In this document: in pieces, positions 48,746 through 59,085 of the stretch
Numbering within the stretch: position 1 is the stretch's first letter
Layout: the number at the start of each line of letters is the position of its first letter
Program-made: the position numbers and the translations under genes
The notes under the pieces: model-generated
The model's input: only the letters and a program-made list of their open reading frames with translations
What the model was told of the DNA's origin: nothing
Databases searched by the model: none
Assembly: GCA_034520945.1 (NCBI GenBank)
Contig: JAXHNB010000002.1
Location: 367,759-431,758 of the forward strand
Reading direction: 5' to 3'
DNA length: 64,000 bases
Origin: Trueperaceae bacterium
Lineage (GTDB): Bacteria > Deinococcota > Deinococci > Deinococcales > Trueperaceae

Positions 48746-50158
48746 TCAGCGTCCGCAGCGCGTAGCGGCGCCGAGCGCGGCGTCCACGCACACGATGCCG
48801 AACCCGTAGGCGGGGTCCACATGGTTTCGCGGGCGCTCGGCGGTGCGGAACAGCTGATCCAGGACCTCGTCGTGCCGCAACTCCGGGTGTTCCGAGATCA
48901 GCAGGGCCGCCCCCGCCGCGGCGAACGGCGTGGCCATCGAGGTTCCGGTCAGCGAGCCGTACCGGTCGGCGGGAAAGGTGCTGAGTATCCCCGCGCCGCC
49001 CGCCGAACGCCCGCCGGGGGCGACCAGGTCGACCTGGCGCGTGTCGCGGTCGTAGTTGGAGAACGCGCTCACCCCGCGGTCCTCGTCCACGGAGCCGACC
49101 GCGATCGCGCACGGGCCGTTGGCGGGGGCCGAGACGGCGGTGCGTGAGCCGCTGTTGCCCGAGGCGGCGAACACCAGCACGCCGCGGCGGCGCGCCTCGA
49201 GCACCGCCTCGTCGATGACCGGGAGGCCCTTTGCGGACGGCGGCACGGTGCCGAGGCTGATCGAGATCACGTCCACGGGCGGATCGGGCGGGGGCGGGCC
49301 CTGATCCGGGCCGTCCGGATCGACCCCGCTGGCCCACGCGACGGCGGCCGCGACCGCCGTCGCGGACAGCTCCTGCGCCACCATGCCGGGGCCGACCTCC
49401 TCGGCGATCTTGAGCGGCACCATCCGGACCCCCGTGGCGGCGACGCCGGCGATGCCGAGGGCGTTGTCGCTCGCCGCACCCAGGATGCCGGCCACGTGCG
49501 TGCCGTGCGCGTCGCCGGTCGACACGTCGGCGTCGTTTCCGACGAAGTCCCAGCCGGGGTCGAAGCGTGAATGCAGGTCCTCGTGCGTCACGTCGAAGCC
49601 GACGTCGATGATGGCGACCCGGACGGCGGCGTCGCCGGTCTGGACCTCCCAGGCCCGGTCGACGCCGAAGGTCGGCAGCGACCACTGCTGGGCGTAGTAG
49701 GCGTCGTTGGGTTCCCCGAAGGTGCGCAGCTTCGGTTCGGGGTGGGCGTAGCGCACCCGGGGGTCACGCAGCAGGCGCGTGGCCGTGGCGATGGGATCGC
49801 GGGCGCGCACCCGGTCCACGCCCCGCACCTCGCTGGCGCGGGCGTTCAGGCCGTGGTCGCGCCGGACCGCGGCGACCCGTGCCGCCGCGCGATCCGCGCC
49901 GCGGGCGGCGCTTGCGATGCCGCCGTTTTGGTACCCGACCAGCAGCGAGCCGGCCTCGAAATCTTCCGGATGCGCCCGTGCCGCCTCGATCCACGCCTGC
50001 GAGGCGGCACGGGCGTCTGCGGGGCTGAGGGCGCCGTCGTCGCAGCGTTCGAAGGCGGCGGTGATCTTGGCGTCCAGGTGCGCATCGCTGCCGAATTCTG
50101 AACAGGCCGCCAGCAGCGGGGGAACGAGGAGTGCGAGAAGGAGCCCGAAACGGCGCAT
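48746..50158 (-). CDS. S8 (subtilisin-like) serine peptidase, lipoprotein
   Basis: Lipobox LLAAC; VAIIDVG, HGTHVAG, AASGN, GTSMATP. Confidence 0.93.
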   Translation of the reverse strand: MRRFGLLLALLVPPLLAACSEFGSDAHLDAKITAAFERCDDGALSPADARAASQAWIEAARAHPEDFEAGSLLVGYQNGGIASAARGADRAAARVAAVRRDHGLNARASEVRGVDRVRARDPIATATRLLRDPRVRYAHPEPKLRTFGEPNDAYYAQQWSLPTFGVDRAWEVQTGDAAVRVAIIDVGFDVTHEDLHSRFDPGWDFVGNDADVSTGDAHGTHVAGILGAASDNALGIAGVAATGVRMVPLKIAEEVGPGMVAQELSATAVAAAVAWASGVDPDGPDQGPPPPDPPVDVISISLGTVPPSAKGLPVIDEAVLEARRRGVLVFAASGNSGSRTAVSAPANGPCAIAVGSVDEDRGVSAFSNYDRDTRQVDLVAPGGRSAGGAGILSTFPADRYGSLTGTSMATPFAAAGAALLISEHPELRHDEVLDQLFRTAERPRNHVDPAYGFGIVCVDAALGAATRCGR

Positions 50159-50253
50159 GACGCGAGTCTATCGCGAGGGTGCGCGTTCGGCGCGCCTCGG
50201 GGGCACGACCGGGGTCGAAGGAGCGTCCATGGCCCGTGCCCGCGGCGCCGCGT

Positions 50254-50538
50254 TCAGGAGGGACCGCGTAGCCGCGCCAGCAGCGCCACGGCGTCCGGCC
50301 ACGGGTCGGCGTAGAAGCGGCCCCGCTGGTACGACACGATCTCGACGCCGCTGACGTCGCGGCCCGGGTAGAGGCGAGCCAGGACCGGCGCGTGCGCCGC
50401 AAGCTCGGCTTCGAAGTCGTGGCTGGTCATCACGCGGGAGGCGACGAGCTTGCGGTGGCCGCGGAAGCGGAACACCAGCAGCACCATGGAGGCCTGCTGA
50501 AACGCGTAGGGATCGGGGGAGGCGGGGTCTCGGGTCAT
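50254..50538 (-). CDS. Hypothetical protein (94 aa) divergent from recA
   Basis: Protein-like segment [25 protein letters not shown]...; fills the gap between the S8 gene and recA. Confidence 0.6.
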   Translation of the reverse strand: MTRDPASPDPYAFQQASMVLLVFRFRGHRKLVASRVMTSHDFEAELAAHAPVLARLYPGRDVSGVEIVSYQRGRFYADPWPDAVALLARLRGPS

Positions 50539-50620
50539 GGAGGGCACGGGCGCTGGGGGTCCGGCGCGGCGGCCGGGGCCCGCGCTCGGCACCGGCCCAG
50601 GCTACCTGCGCGCGCACCCC

Positions 50621-50656
50621 TTGTGCGCAGGGCCCCCCAGGCCTTAGGATTTAAGG
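50621..50656 (+). promoter_or_regulatory. recA promoter with overlapping palindrome
   Basis: TTGTGC-N18-TAGGAT; CCTTA-N5-TAAGG (50642-50656) covers the -10 element up to the expected start site. Confidence 0.55.
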
Positions 50657-50742
50657 TATCCGATCGACGGCGTGGAGGTGCCGCGTCGTTCGACCCGAAC
50701 GTCCCCGGCGCGCCGCGCGCCGCGAACACAGGAGGCCATGCC

Positions 50743-51870
50743 ATGAGACAGACCGTGAACGACGCCCCGCGACAGTCCGACGAGAAGCGCGAGGTCCTGA
50801 ACCGCACCCTTTCGCAGATCGAGCGTACGTATGGGAAGGGTGCGGTGATGCGGTTGGGGGATGAGGCGTCGCGGGAGCGGGTGGGGGTCATTTCGACGGG
50901 GTCGATGAGTGTGGATCTGGCGTTGGGGGTGGGGGGCGTCCCGCGGGGTCGGGTGGTGGAGGTGTACGGCCCGGAGGCGGGGGGGAAGACGACGTTGGCG
51001 TTGCACGTGATCGCGGAGGCGCAAGCATTGGGGGGCGTGGCCGCGTTCGTGGACGCGGAGCATGCGTTGGACCCGAGTTACGCGGAGGCGTTGGGGGTGG
51101 ACGTGGAGGAGTTGCTCGTGTCGCAGCCGGACACGGGTGAGCAGGCGCTCGAGATCATGGAGTTGTTGGTCCGCTCGGGGGCGGTGGACGTGGTGGTGGT
51201 GGACAGTGTGGCGGCGTTGGTGCCGCGTGCGGAGATCGAGGGGGAGATGGGCGATTCGCACGTGGGGTTGCAGGCGCGGTTGATGAGTCAGGCGCTGCGG
51301 AAGTTGACGAGTGTGGTGTCGAAGTCGGGCACGACGGCGTTGTTCATCAATCAGGTGCGGGAGAAGATCGGGGTGATGTACGGCAATCCGGAGACCACGC
51401 CGGGCGGTCGGGCGTTGAAGTTCTATACCAGCGTGCGGATCGAGGTGCGCAGGAAGGGGGACGTGAAGGTGGGGGCGGACAAGGTGGGGAACCGGGTGCG
51501 GGTGAAGGTGACGAAGAACAAGGTCGCGCCGCCGTTTCGGGAGGCGGAGATCGACATCGTGTTCGGGCAGGGGATCGATAAGACGGGGGATCTGATTCAG
51601 GTGGCCAGCGACCTGGGCGTGATTCAGAAGAGCGGGTCGTGGTTCTCGTACGGCGATACTCGCTTGGGGCAGGGCAAGGAGAAGGTGGGCGATTACCTGC
51701 GGGAGCATCCCGAGGTCGCCCGCGAACTTCGTGAGCGCGTCACCGCCACCCTCCACCCACCCAAGACCCCACAGGGCACGCCGGACGGCGTGACGCAGGC
51801 GGGCGGCGCGACCGGCGATGCGCACCTCGCGGGCGAAGACGCCGAGGCGGAGATCGAGGCCGTGGCGTAG
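50743..51870 (+). CDS. recA: Recombinase RecA
   Basis: [77 protein letters not shown]. Confidence 0.98.
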   Translation: MRQTVNDAPRQSDEKREVLNRTLSQIERTYGKGAVMRLGDEASRERVGVISTGSMSVDLALGVGGVPRGRVVEVYGPEAGGKTTLALHVIAEAQALGGVAAFVDAEHALDPSYAEALGVDVEELLVSQPDTGEQALEIMELLVRSGAVDVVVVDSVAALVPRAEIEGEMGDSHVGLQARLMSQALRKLTSVVSKSGTTALFINQVREKIGVMYGNPETTPGGRALKFYTSVRIEVRRKGDVKVGADKVGNRVRVKVTKNKVAPPFREAEIDIVFGQGIDKTGDLIQVASDLGVIQKSGSWFSYGDTRLGQGKEKVGDYLREHPEVARELRERVTATLHPPKTPQGTPDGVTQAGGATGDAHLAGEDAEAEIEAVA

Positions 51871-52017
51871 GCAGCCTGTCGCGTACCCGGCATCGGGACG
51901 TGAGGTGCATAGGGACGTTTGGTTCTGACCATGCGGGGCACGACGCTCGGTAGGATGGGGAAATCCCTCGTCCCCACGCGGCGACCTACCGAGGTCGTGT
52001 CGCGGAAGGAGCCCGCA

Positions 52018-53865
52018 ATGGTCGTTCCCAGCCCCCAGTCCTCCGCCCCTGGACCCGACCACGGGTGGAGGGTCAACGACTTCGCGTTGGTCGTGGCCAC
52101 GGCCAACGGAACCGGTTCGCAGACGGCCAACCTGGCACTGCTGCGAAGCATCTTCGACATGGGCGTGCCCGTTCACGGCAAGAACGTGTTCCCCTCCAAC
52201 ATTCAGGGCCTCCCGACCTGGTTCCACATCCGCGCCAGCGCGGACGGCTGGGTGGCACGGCAACAGCCCGAGATCGCTGTCGCATTCAACGCCGCCACCC
52301 TGCACGAGGACGTCGCCTCGCTCCCCCCGGGCGGGGCGCTGTTCCTGAACGGCGACCTGCGCGGGGCGCCCGAACGCGACGACGTCACCACCTACCGCAT
52401 CCCCGTGGGTGATCTGATGCAGGGCCTCCAGGCGAAGGGCAAGCTCAAGGACTACCTCGCCAACATGACCTACCTCGGCGTGCTGACGCAGTCGTTCGGC
52501 ATTCCGCTGGACGTGGTCGAACAGGCACTCTCGCGACAGTTCGGCGGCCGTAGCAAACTGGTGGACGCCAACATGCCCGTGGTCGAGGCGTCGTACCGCT
52601 GGAGCAAGGAGACGTCCAGCAAACGCGACCCGTTCGTGATCGATGCCATGGGCGCCACCGACGATCTGATCCTCATCACCGGCAACGACGCCGCCGCCCT
52701 CGGCAGCGTGTTCGGCGGCGTCAGCTTCGCGGCGTGGTACCCCATCACGCCCTCCACCAGCGTGATCGACGGCCTTCGCGACCACCTGGTCCGCCTCCGT
52801 ACCGAACCCGACGGCACCCCCAGCTGGACCATCGTGCAGGCCGAAGACGAACTCGCCGCGATCGGGATGATCATCGGCGCCGGTTGGGCCGGCGCGCGCG
52901 CCATGACCGCCACCAGCGGGCCCGGCCTCAGCCTGATGGCGGAGTTCGCCGGCCTCGGGTACTTCGCCGAGGTGCCCGCCGTCGTGTGGGACATCCAGCG
53001 GGTCGGCCCCTCCACCGGGCTTCCCACGCGGACCGGCCAGGGCGACCTCGCCTTCGCGTACGGACTCGGCCACGGCGACACGCGCCACCCCGTGCTGCTG
53101 CCCGGGTCGGTCGGCGAGTGCTTCGAGTTCGGTTGGCGCGCCCTCGACCTGGCCGAGCAACTCCAGACCCCCATCTTCGTTCTCTCCGACCTGGATCTCG
53201 GCATGAACACCTGGATGGCCGAGCGCTTCGCCTACCCCGATACGCCGATGCAGCGCGGCAAGGTGCTGCGAGGCGACGAGATCCCCGACGGCTACGCCCG
53301 CTACCGCGACGTCGACGGCGACGGGATCGCGCCCCGGACGCTGCCTGGCGAAGCCAACCCCCACGGCGCGTGGTTCGCGCGGGGAACCGGCCACGACGAC
53401 GCCGCGGTGTACTCCGAACGCCCGGAGGTCTGGACCGAGAACATGCAACGCCTGGCACGCAAGCACGACACGGCCCGAACGCTGGTGCCGGCCCCCGAGG
53501 TCGACCGCGTGGACGGCGCGCACACCGGCGTGATCTGCATGGGCTCCACGCGCTACGCGATCATCGAGGCCCGCGCCGCGCTGCAGGCCGACGCCCGAGG
53601 CGTGTCGTTCCTGCGCGTACGGGCGCTCCCGATCGGGCCCGAGGTGCGCGACTTCGTCGCCGCCCACGAGCGCACGGTCGTGATCGAGATGAATGCGCAC
53701 GGGCAACTGTGCGCCATCCTCCGCAGTGAGCTGCCCGACCTCGCCGCCCGACTGGTCTCCGTCGCCCACCTGGACGGCATCCCGTTCAGCGCCGAACAGG
53801 TGCGCGCCTGGCTGGACCCGCACCTGGATCCCCGTGCCGGCCGCCTCGAAGGGAGCCCCGCATGA
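52018..53865 (+). CDS. korA: 2-oxoacid:ferredoxin oxidoreductase alpha subunit
   Basis: NGTGSQTAN, FPSNIQGLPTW, WYPITPS, QAEDELAA, TATSGPGLSLM, QRVGPSTGLPT. Confidence 0.9.
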   Translation: MVVPSPQSSAPGPDHGWRVNDFALVVATANGTGSQTANLALLRSIFDMGVPVHGKNVFPSNIQGLPTWFHIRASADGWVARQQPEIAVAFNAATLHEDVASLPPGGALFLNGDLRGAPERDDVTTYRIPVGDLMQGLQAKGKLKDYLANMTYLGVLTQSFGIPLDVVEQALSRQFGGRSKLVDANMPVVEASYRWSKETSSKRDPFVIDAMGATDDLILITGNDAAALGSVFGGVSFAAWYPITPSTSVIDGLRDHLVRLRTEPDGTPSWTIVQAEDELAAIGMIIGAGWAGARAMTATSGPGLSLMAEFAGLGYFAEVPAVVWDIQRVGPSTGLPTRTGQGDLAFAYGLGHGDTRHPVLLPGSVGECFEFGWRALDLAEQLQTPIFVLSDLDLGMNTWMAERFAYPDTPMQRGKVLRGDEIPDGYARYRDVDGDGIAPRTLPGEANPHGAWFARGTGHDDAAVYSERPEVWTENMQRLARKHDTARTLVPAPEVDRVDGAHTGVICMGSTRYAIIEARAALQADARGVSFLRVRALPIGPEVRDFVAAHERTVVIEMNAHGQLCAILRSELPDLAARLVSVAHLDGIPFSAEQVRAWLDPHLDPRAGRLEGSPA

Positions 53866-54902
53866 CGCGCCCCACCCCCGCCGCCCGGCAACCCAACGCC
53901 GTCGGCCTCACCAAGACCGACTACGGCGGCCGGCCCTCGACCCTGTGCAAAGGATGCGGCCACAACTCGGTCGCCAACCAGATCGTGCAGGTCGCCTTCG
54001 AGCTCGGCGTACGGCCCGACCGCATCGTCAAGCTGTCCGGGATCGGCTGCTCCAGCAAGTCGCCCGCCTACTTCCTCGGCACCTCCCACGGGTTCAACGC
54101 CCTGCACGGGCGCATGCCGTCCATCGCCACGGGCGCCCTGGCCGCCAACCACGGGCTGCACGCGCTCGGGGTGTCCGGCGACGGCGACACCGGCTCGATC
54201 GGCCTGGGGCAGTTCAAGCACCTCATGCGACGCAACGTCCGCATGGTGTACATCGTCGAGAACAACGGCGTGTACGGCCTCACCAAAGGCCAATTCTCGC
54301 CCACGGCCGACGAAGGCCAGGAACTGAAGTACGCCGGCGTCAACCCCTTCCCCGCCGTCGACCTCTGCGCCGAAGCGCTGATCGGCGGTTGCGGGTTCGT
54401 CGCGCGCGGGTTCGCCGGCGACGCCAAGCAACTGCGCGAACTGCTCAAGGCCGCCCTGGCCCACCGCGGCACGGCCGTGCTCGACGTGATCAGCCCCTGC
54501 GTGGCGTTCAACAACGACAATGAGAGCACCAAGAGCTACGGCTACGGCCGCAGCCACGAGGTGCCGCTCCAGGACGTCGGCTGGATTCCGCCGCAGGAGG
54601 ACATCGTGCTGGATGACCACGAACCCGGCCAGACCCGCGTGGTGGAACTGCACGACGGCAGCCACCTCGCGTTGAGCAAGCTCGAGGACGACTACGACCC
54701 GAGCGACCGCAACCGGGCGCTGGACCGGCTGCAGCGGGCCGAGCGCAACGGCGAACTGCTGACCGGCCTGCTGCACTTCGACGGCTCGCGCCCCTCGTTC
54801 GCGGAAATGGTCGGCCTCCACGCCACCCCCCTCGCCGAGCTGGACGAGGACGCCCTCAGGCCGCCTGCGCAGGCGCTGGCCGACACGCTCGACCGCTACT
54901 GA
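53862..54902 (+). CDS. korB: 2-oxoacid:ferredoxin oxidoreductase beta subunit
   Basis: STLCKGCGH, SGIGCSSK, LHGRMP, SGDGD, NNGVYGLTKGQFSPT, ISPCV. Confidence 0.9.
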   Translation: MTRPTPAARQPNAVGLTKTDYGGRPSTLCKGCGHNSVANQIVQVAFELGVRPDRIVKLSGIGCSSKSPAYFLGTSHGFNALHGRMPSIATGALAANHGLHALGVSGDGDTGSIGLGQFKHLMRRNVRMVYIVENNGVYGLTKGQFSPTADEGQELKYAGVNPFPAVDLCAEALIGGCGFVARGFAGDAKQLRELLKAALAHRGTAVLDVISPCVAFNNDNESTKSYGYGRSHEVPLQDVGWIPPQEDIVLDDHEPGQTRVVELHDGSHLALSKLEDDYDPSDRNRALDRLQRAERNGELLTGLLHFDGSRPSFAEMVGLHATPLAELDEDALRPPAQALADTLDRY

Positions 54903-56950
54903 CCCTCCTCCGGCGGCGCGGTCACCAGCGCCCGGAAGCGCGGACCGAAGCCGGGCGCCACGTTGGCCACCACCGTGTCGCCCACCTGGAACGTGGTGTC
55001 GCCGTGCGGAAACACGGTCCGACCGTCCCGCCGGATCGCCACGACGATGCTCTCCTGCGGCAGGTTCGCGGTGCGTAGGCTCCGCCCCACCAGCGCGGCC
55101 CCGCGGGGCACCCGCACCTCCACGATCTCCTGCCCCGTCAGGTCGCGCAGCCGGAGGCGCTCCTCCACCTCCTCCTGCGTCCGCTCGCGCTGCAGGGCCA
55201 GGTAGTAGGCGCGCGCCAGGTCGGTCTGCCGCACGAAGCCGATCGGCCGGTCCGGATCGTTCGGATCCACCACCGGCATGCGGCCGATCTCGAGCCGCGC
55301 CATGCGCTCCAGCACCTCACTGGCCGCCTCGTCCGGCCGCGCGCGGAACACGCGGGTGCGGCATACGTCGCACAACGGCGTCGTCGCAGGCCAGCCCTCG
55401 CGGCGAGTCCGCTCCAAATCGCTCAGCGTCACCATCCCCACCATCGTCGACGGGTCCGCCTTCGACACCACCACGAAGCCGTGATGATGCGACGCCACCA
55501 GACCGTCCGCCAGGTCACCGAGCGTGTCCTCCGCGAACACCCGCGGCACGTCGCGGTCCATCACCTCGCTCACCCGCACCGTCTGCAGCAGATCGATCTC
55601 GCGCATCCGCATCAGGCTCAAGCCCCGCCGGGACAGCATCAGCCGGTAGAACGACTCCGGGTGCAACTGATCGGCCACCAAGGTCGCGATCACCGCGGAC
55701 AGCAGCAACGGCAGGATCATCTCGTAGCTGCCCGAGATCTCGAACACCATCACGATCGAACTCATCGGCGCCCGCGTCACGCCCGAGAACACCGCCGCCA
55801 TCCCCACCAGCGCGTACGGCCCCGGCTGGATCGGAAGCTGCGGCACGACCAGCCGCATCGCCTCGCCGAACAGGGCGCCGAAGCTGGCGCCCACCATCAA
55901 CACCGGCGCGAAGATCCCGCCCGCGCCCCACGACCCGATCGACGCCCCCGTCGCCAGCATCTTCGCCGCCAACAGCGCCCCCAGGAACAGCGGCGCCGTC
56001 AGATCCTGGTTCAGGATCTGCCCCGTCGTCTCGAACCCGCGCCCCAACACCTGCGGCAACGCCAACGCCAACACGCCGACCGTCAACCCGCCCAGCGCCG
56101 GGCGTGCCCAGGGACGCACCTTCAGGCGGTTGAACAGGTCCTCGCTGCCGACCATCACCCGAATGAACGCCACCGCCACCAGCGACGCCAGCACCCCCAT
56201 CAGCAGGTACCCCGGCAACTCCAGCGGGGTGGCCAGCACGTAATCGGCCGGCACCGCGAACGCCGGCGCGTCGCCCAGCATGCTGCGCGATACCGCCGTC
56301 GCCGCCACCGCCCCAACGACCACCGACGAAAAGTAGCGCCCCTGGAACTGCCCCAGCACCACCTCCAGCGCGAACAACACCCCCGCGATCGGCGCGTTGA
56401 AGGTCGCCGCGATGCCGCCCGCCGCCGCCACCGCCACCAGGTTGCGGCGTCGCTCGTCGTTCAGACGCCACCAGCCCGACACCGTCGACGCCAGCGCGGC
56501 GCCGATCTGCACCACCGGCCCCTCCGTGCCCAACGAACCGCCGCTCCCGATCGACAACACCGTCGCCACCGGCCGCCACAACAACAGCCGACGCGGCACC
56601 CGGCCGCCCAGGTTCGACACCGCCACCATCACCTGCGGAATGCCGGACCCCCGCGCGTCCGGCGCCAGGTGCAGCACGATCGGCGCCACCAACAGCCCCC
56701 CCAACGCAGGGACCAGCAGCGTCACCAACGCCGCCGGCACGAACCCGATCGCGTCGGACAACGCCTGCACCGTGTTGCCCGCCCCGCCCACCAGCGCGTC
56801 GAACGCCACCGCGGCCAGACCCGCCAGGCCGCCGACCACGATCGCGCTGGCGATCAGCGACAGGGTCTCGTTCGCGATGTACGGCCGCAACCATGCCGCG
56901 TGGCGTCCACGACGGCCGCCCGCGGCGTCCTCCTGGCGGGCGTCCCCCAC
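54896..56950 (-). CDS. CLC chloride/proton transporter with CBS pair and C-terminal RCK_C (TrkA-C) domain
   Basis: GSGIP, GSLGTEGP, ATFNAPIAG, GGIFAP; CBS (VSEVMDR..GMVTLSDL); RCK_C (LVGRSL..LPQESIVVAIRRDG..PHGDT). Confidence 0.92.
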   Translation of the reverse strand: MGDARQEDAAGGRRGRHAAWLRPYIANETLSLIASAIVVGGLAGLAAVAFDALVGGAGNTVQALSDAIGFVPAALVTLLVPALGGLLVAPIVLHLAPDARGSGIPQVMVAVSNLGGRVPRRLLLWRPVATVLSIGSGGSLGTEGPVVQIGAALASTVSGWWRLNDERRRNLVAVAAAGGIAATFNAPIAGVLFALEVVLGQFQGRYFSSVVVGAVAATAVSRSMLGDAPAFAVPADYVLATPLELPGYLLMGVLASLVAVAFIRVMVGSEDLFNRLKVRPWARPALGGLTVGVLALALPQVLGRGFETTGQILNQDLTAPLFLGALLAAKMLATGASIGSWGAGGIFAPVLMVGASFGALFGEAMRLVVPQLPIQPGPYALVGMAAVFSGVTRAPMSSIVMVFEISGSYEMILPLLLSAVIATLVADQLHPESFYRLMLSRRGLSLMRMREIDLLQTVRVSEVMDRDVPRVFAEDTLGDLADGLVASHHHGFVVVSKADPSTMVGMVTLSDLERTRREGWPATTPLCDVCRTRVFRARPDEAASEVLERMARLEIGRMPVVDPNDPDRPIGFVRQTDLARAYYLALQRERTQEEVEERLRLRDLTGQEIVEVRVPRGAALVGRSLRTANLPQESIVVAIRRDGRTVFPHGDTTFQVGDTVVANVAPGFGPRFRALVTAPPEEGQ

Positions 56951-56954
56951 CGGC

Positions 56955-57980
56955 TCAGCCCCCCTGCACCCGGCGCCACGCCGCCAACCAGTTGCGGTGC
57001 GTCACCTTCTCCAGCGAGGCGTCGTCCCAACCGTGATCGCGGAGCGCCTCCACCAGCCGGGGCAGGCCGGCGGCGTCGCCGAGCGCCGAGGGGACCGTCG
57101 TGCCGTCGAAGTCCGACCCGAACGCGACGCGGTCCTCGCCCACGCGGTCCCGCACGTGCTCCAGGTGCCGAATGATCGTGTCCAGCGGCGTGTCCGGTTC
57201 ACTGCGCCCGTCCTCGCGCAGGAAGCCGCACGCGAAGTTCACGCCCACCAGGCCGTCCCGTTCGGCCAACGCGTCCAGCTGCGCGTCGGTCAGGTTGCGC
57301 GGGCTGCGGCACAACGCGTGCGCGTTGGAATGGCTGGCCACGACCGGCCGCTCGCTGTACCGGAGCACGTCCCAGAACCCCGCCTCGTTCAGGTGCGACA
57401 CGTCCAACACCACGGCGAGCCGGTCGCACGCCCCCACCAGCGCGCGCCCCTCCGCCGTCAGGCCCGGCCCCACGTCCGGCGAGCCGGGAAACGCGAACGG
57501 CACGCCGGTCCCGTACGCGTTCGGGCGGGCCCACACCAGCCCCAACGAACGCAACCCCAACGCGTGCAGGACCTCGAGGACGTCCAGGTCCAGCACCGCC
57601 TCGGCGCCCTCCAGGTGCGGCACCGCCGCCAGCACGCCGTCCGCCATGGCGCGCTCCACCTGATCCGCGTCGCGGCACGCCCGCAGCGACCCCGCCGCCG
57701 CCAGGCGCCCCAGCGTGGCGAACATGCCCAGCGTCGTGCGCAAGGCGTGGTCGGGGTCGATCGGCCCGAACGGCGGGACGTCGTCGCGGCGGACGCCGGG
57801 GGCGGCCATCGGTCCGTCCGGGTTGGGCGTGAACATGGCGAACATCCCGCCGGCCATGCCCCCTTCGCGGGCCCGGACCGCGTCGACGTGCCCCACCTCC
57901 ATGCGGGCGTCGAAGGCGCGCTCCGGGTGTTGGTACAGCCGGAGGAGCGTGTCGTTGTGCCCATCGAACACCGGCATCAT
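56955..57980 (-). CDS. Membrane-dipeptidase family (M19) peptidase
   Basis: FDGHND, HLEGAE, LDVSHLN, ASHSN, RNLTD, FGSDFDG. Confidence 0.92.
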   Translation of the reverse strand: MMPVFDGHNDTLLRLYQHPERAFDARMEVGHVDAVRAREGGMAGGMFAMFTPNPDGPMAAPGVRRDDVPPFGPIDPDHALRTTLGMFATLGRLAAAGSLRACRDADQVERAMADGVLAAVPHLEGAEAVLDLDVLEVLHALGLRSLGLVWARPNAYGTGVPFAFPGSPDVGPGLTAEGRALVGACDRLAVVLDVSHLNEAGFWDVLRYSERPVVASHSNAHALCRSPRNLTDAQLDALAERDGLVGVNFACGFLREDGRSEPDTPLDTIIRHLEHVRDRVGEDRVAFGSDFDGTTVPSALGDAAGLPRLVEALRDHGWDDASLEKVTHRNWLAAWRRVQGG

Positions 57981-58029
57981 GGCGCCAGGCTACACCTGCC
58001 CGCGGGCGGTGCGGCCCGTCGACGGGCGC

Positions 58030-59085
58030 TCAACGCACCTGCAGGGCCGCGCCGCCGCGCGGGCGGACCTCGCCGATCGCGCAGGCACGCGGAAAGGCGG
58101 GCTGGAGCGCCTCCAGCAACGCCGGCGCACGGGCTGGGTCGACCGACAACAACAGCCCGCCGGAGGTCTGCGGATCGACCAACGCCAAGCGCCGCACCTC
58201 GGGCAGGGCGTCCAGGCCCGCCACGCGGTCCTGCACGTAGCGGGCGTTGGTGCCGTGCGCCTTGGTGACGATGCCGCGCGCCAGCGTGTCCTCCGCGCCG
58301 GCCAGCAACGGGACGGCGGCGGCGTCCAGGGCCAGCGTCACGCCCGAGCCCTCCGCGACGTGGAGGGCGTGCCCCAGCACCCCGAAGCCGGTGACGTCGG
58401 TGGCGGCGTGCACCCCGGGCCGCAGCTCCGGGCTCACGTCCAGGCGGTTGAGGGTCTTCATCGACGCCAGCGCCTCGGCCAGCGTGTCCTCGTCGATCTC
58501 GTCGTTCTTGCGCGCGCCGGTCAGGGTGCCGGTGCCGACCGCCTTGGTGAGCAGCAGCACGTCGCCGGGCCGCGCGTGCCGGTTGGTCCACAGCTGCTCC
58601 GGGTGCGCGATGCCGGTCACGGCGAAGCCGAGCTTCAGCGCGTCGTCCTCGATGGAGTGCCCCCCCACCAGCTGCGCGCCCGCGGCGTTCAGCGTACGCG
58701 TGGCGCCCGCCATCAGGCCACGCAGGACGTCGTCCGGCAGCGTGCCCAGCGGATAGCCGAGGATGGTGAGGGCGGTCAGCGGCTCCGCCCCCATGGCGTA
58801 CACGTCGCTCACCGCGTTCGCCGCAGCGATGGCGCCGAAGTCGTCCGGGTCGTCCACGATCGGGGTGAAGAAGTCGACGCTCTGCACCATCGCCTGCGTG
58901 TCGTTCAGGCGCCACGCCGCCGCGTCGTCCAGGAAGTCGGTCCCGACCAACAGGTCGTCGTGCGTCTGCCGAGGCAGTTCCCGCAGCAGGTCGGTGAGGG
59001 TGCCCGCCGCGATCTTGGCGGCGCACCCGCCCTTCGACACCGTCCGCGTCAGGCGGGGGAGATCCCCCGTCACCCGTTCAGCCAT
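58030..59085 (-). CDS. selD: Selenide, water dikinase (selenophosphate synthetase), Cys form
   Basis: GGCAAK (TGC codon), DDAA, VDFFTPIVDDP, NAVSDVYAMG, GGHS, TDVTGFG, DPQTSGGLL. Confidence 0.94.
   Translation of the reverse strand: MAERVTGDLPRLTRTVSKGGCAAKIAAGTLTDLLRELPRQTHDDLLVGTDFLDDAAAWRLNDTQAMVQSVDFFTPIVDDPDDFGAIAAANAVSDVYAMGAEPLTALTILGYPLGTLPDDVLRGLMAGATRTLNAAGAQLVGGHSIEDDALKLGFAVTGIAHPEQLWTNRHARPGDVLLLTKAVGTGTLTGARKNDEIDEDTLAEALASMKTLNRLDVSPELRPGVHAATDVTGFGVLGHALHVAEGSGVTLALDAAAVPLLAGAEDTLARGIVTKAHGTNARYVQDRVAGLDALPEVRRLALVDPQTSGGLLLSVDPARAPALLEALQPAFPRACAIGEVRPRGGAALQVR

Noticed and set aside
50743..51870. Intein or intron in recA (also checked sufB)
   Set aside because: Both proteins are normal length with contiguous motifs.
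59010..59030. Selenocysteine recoding in selD
   Set aside because: The active-site codon is TGC (Cys); there is no in-frame TGA.
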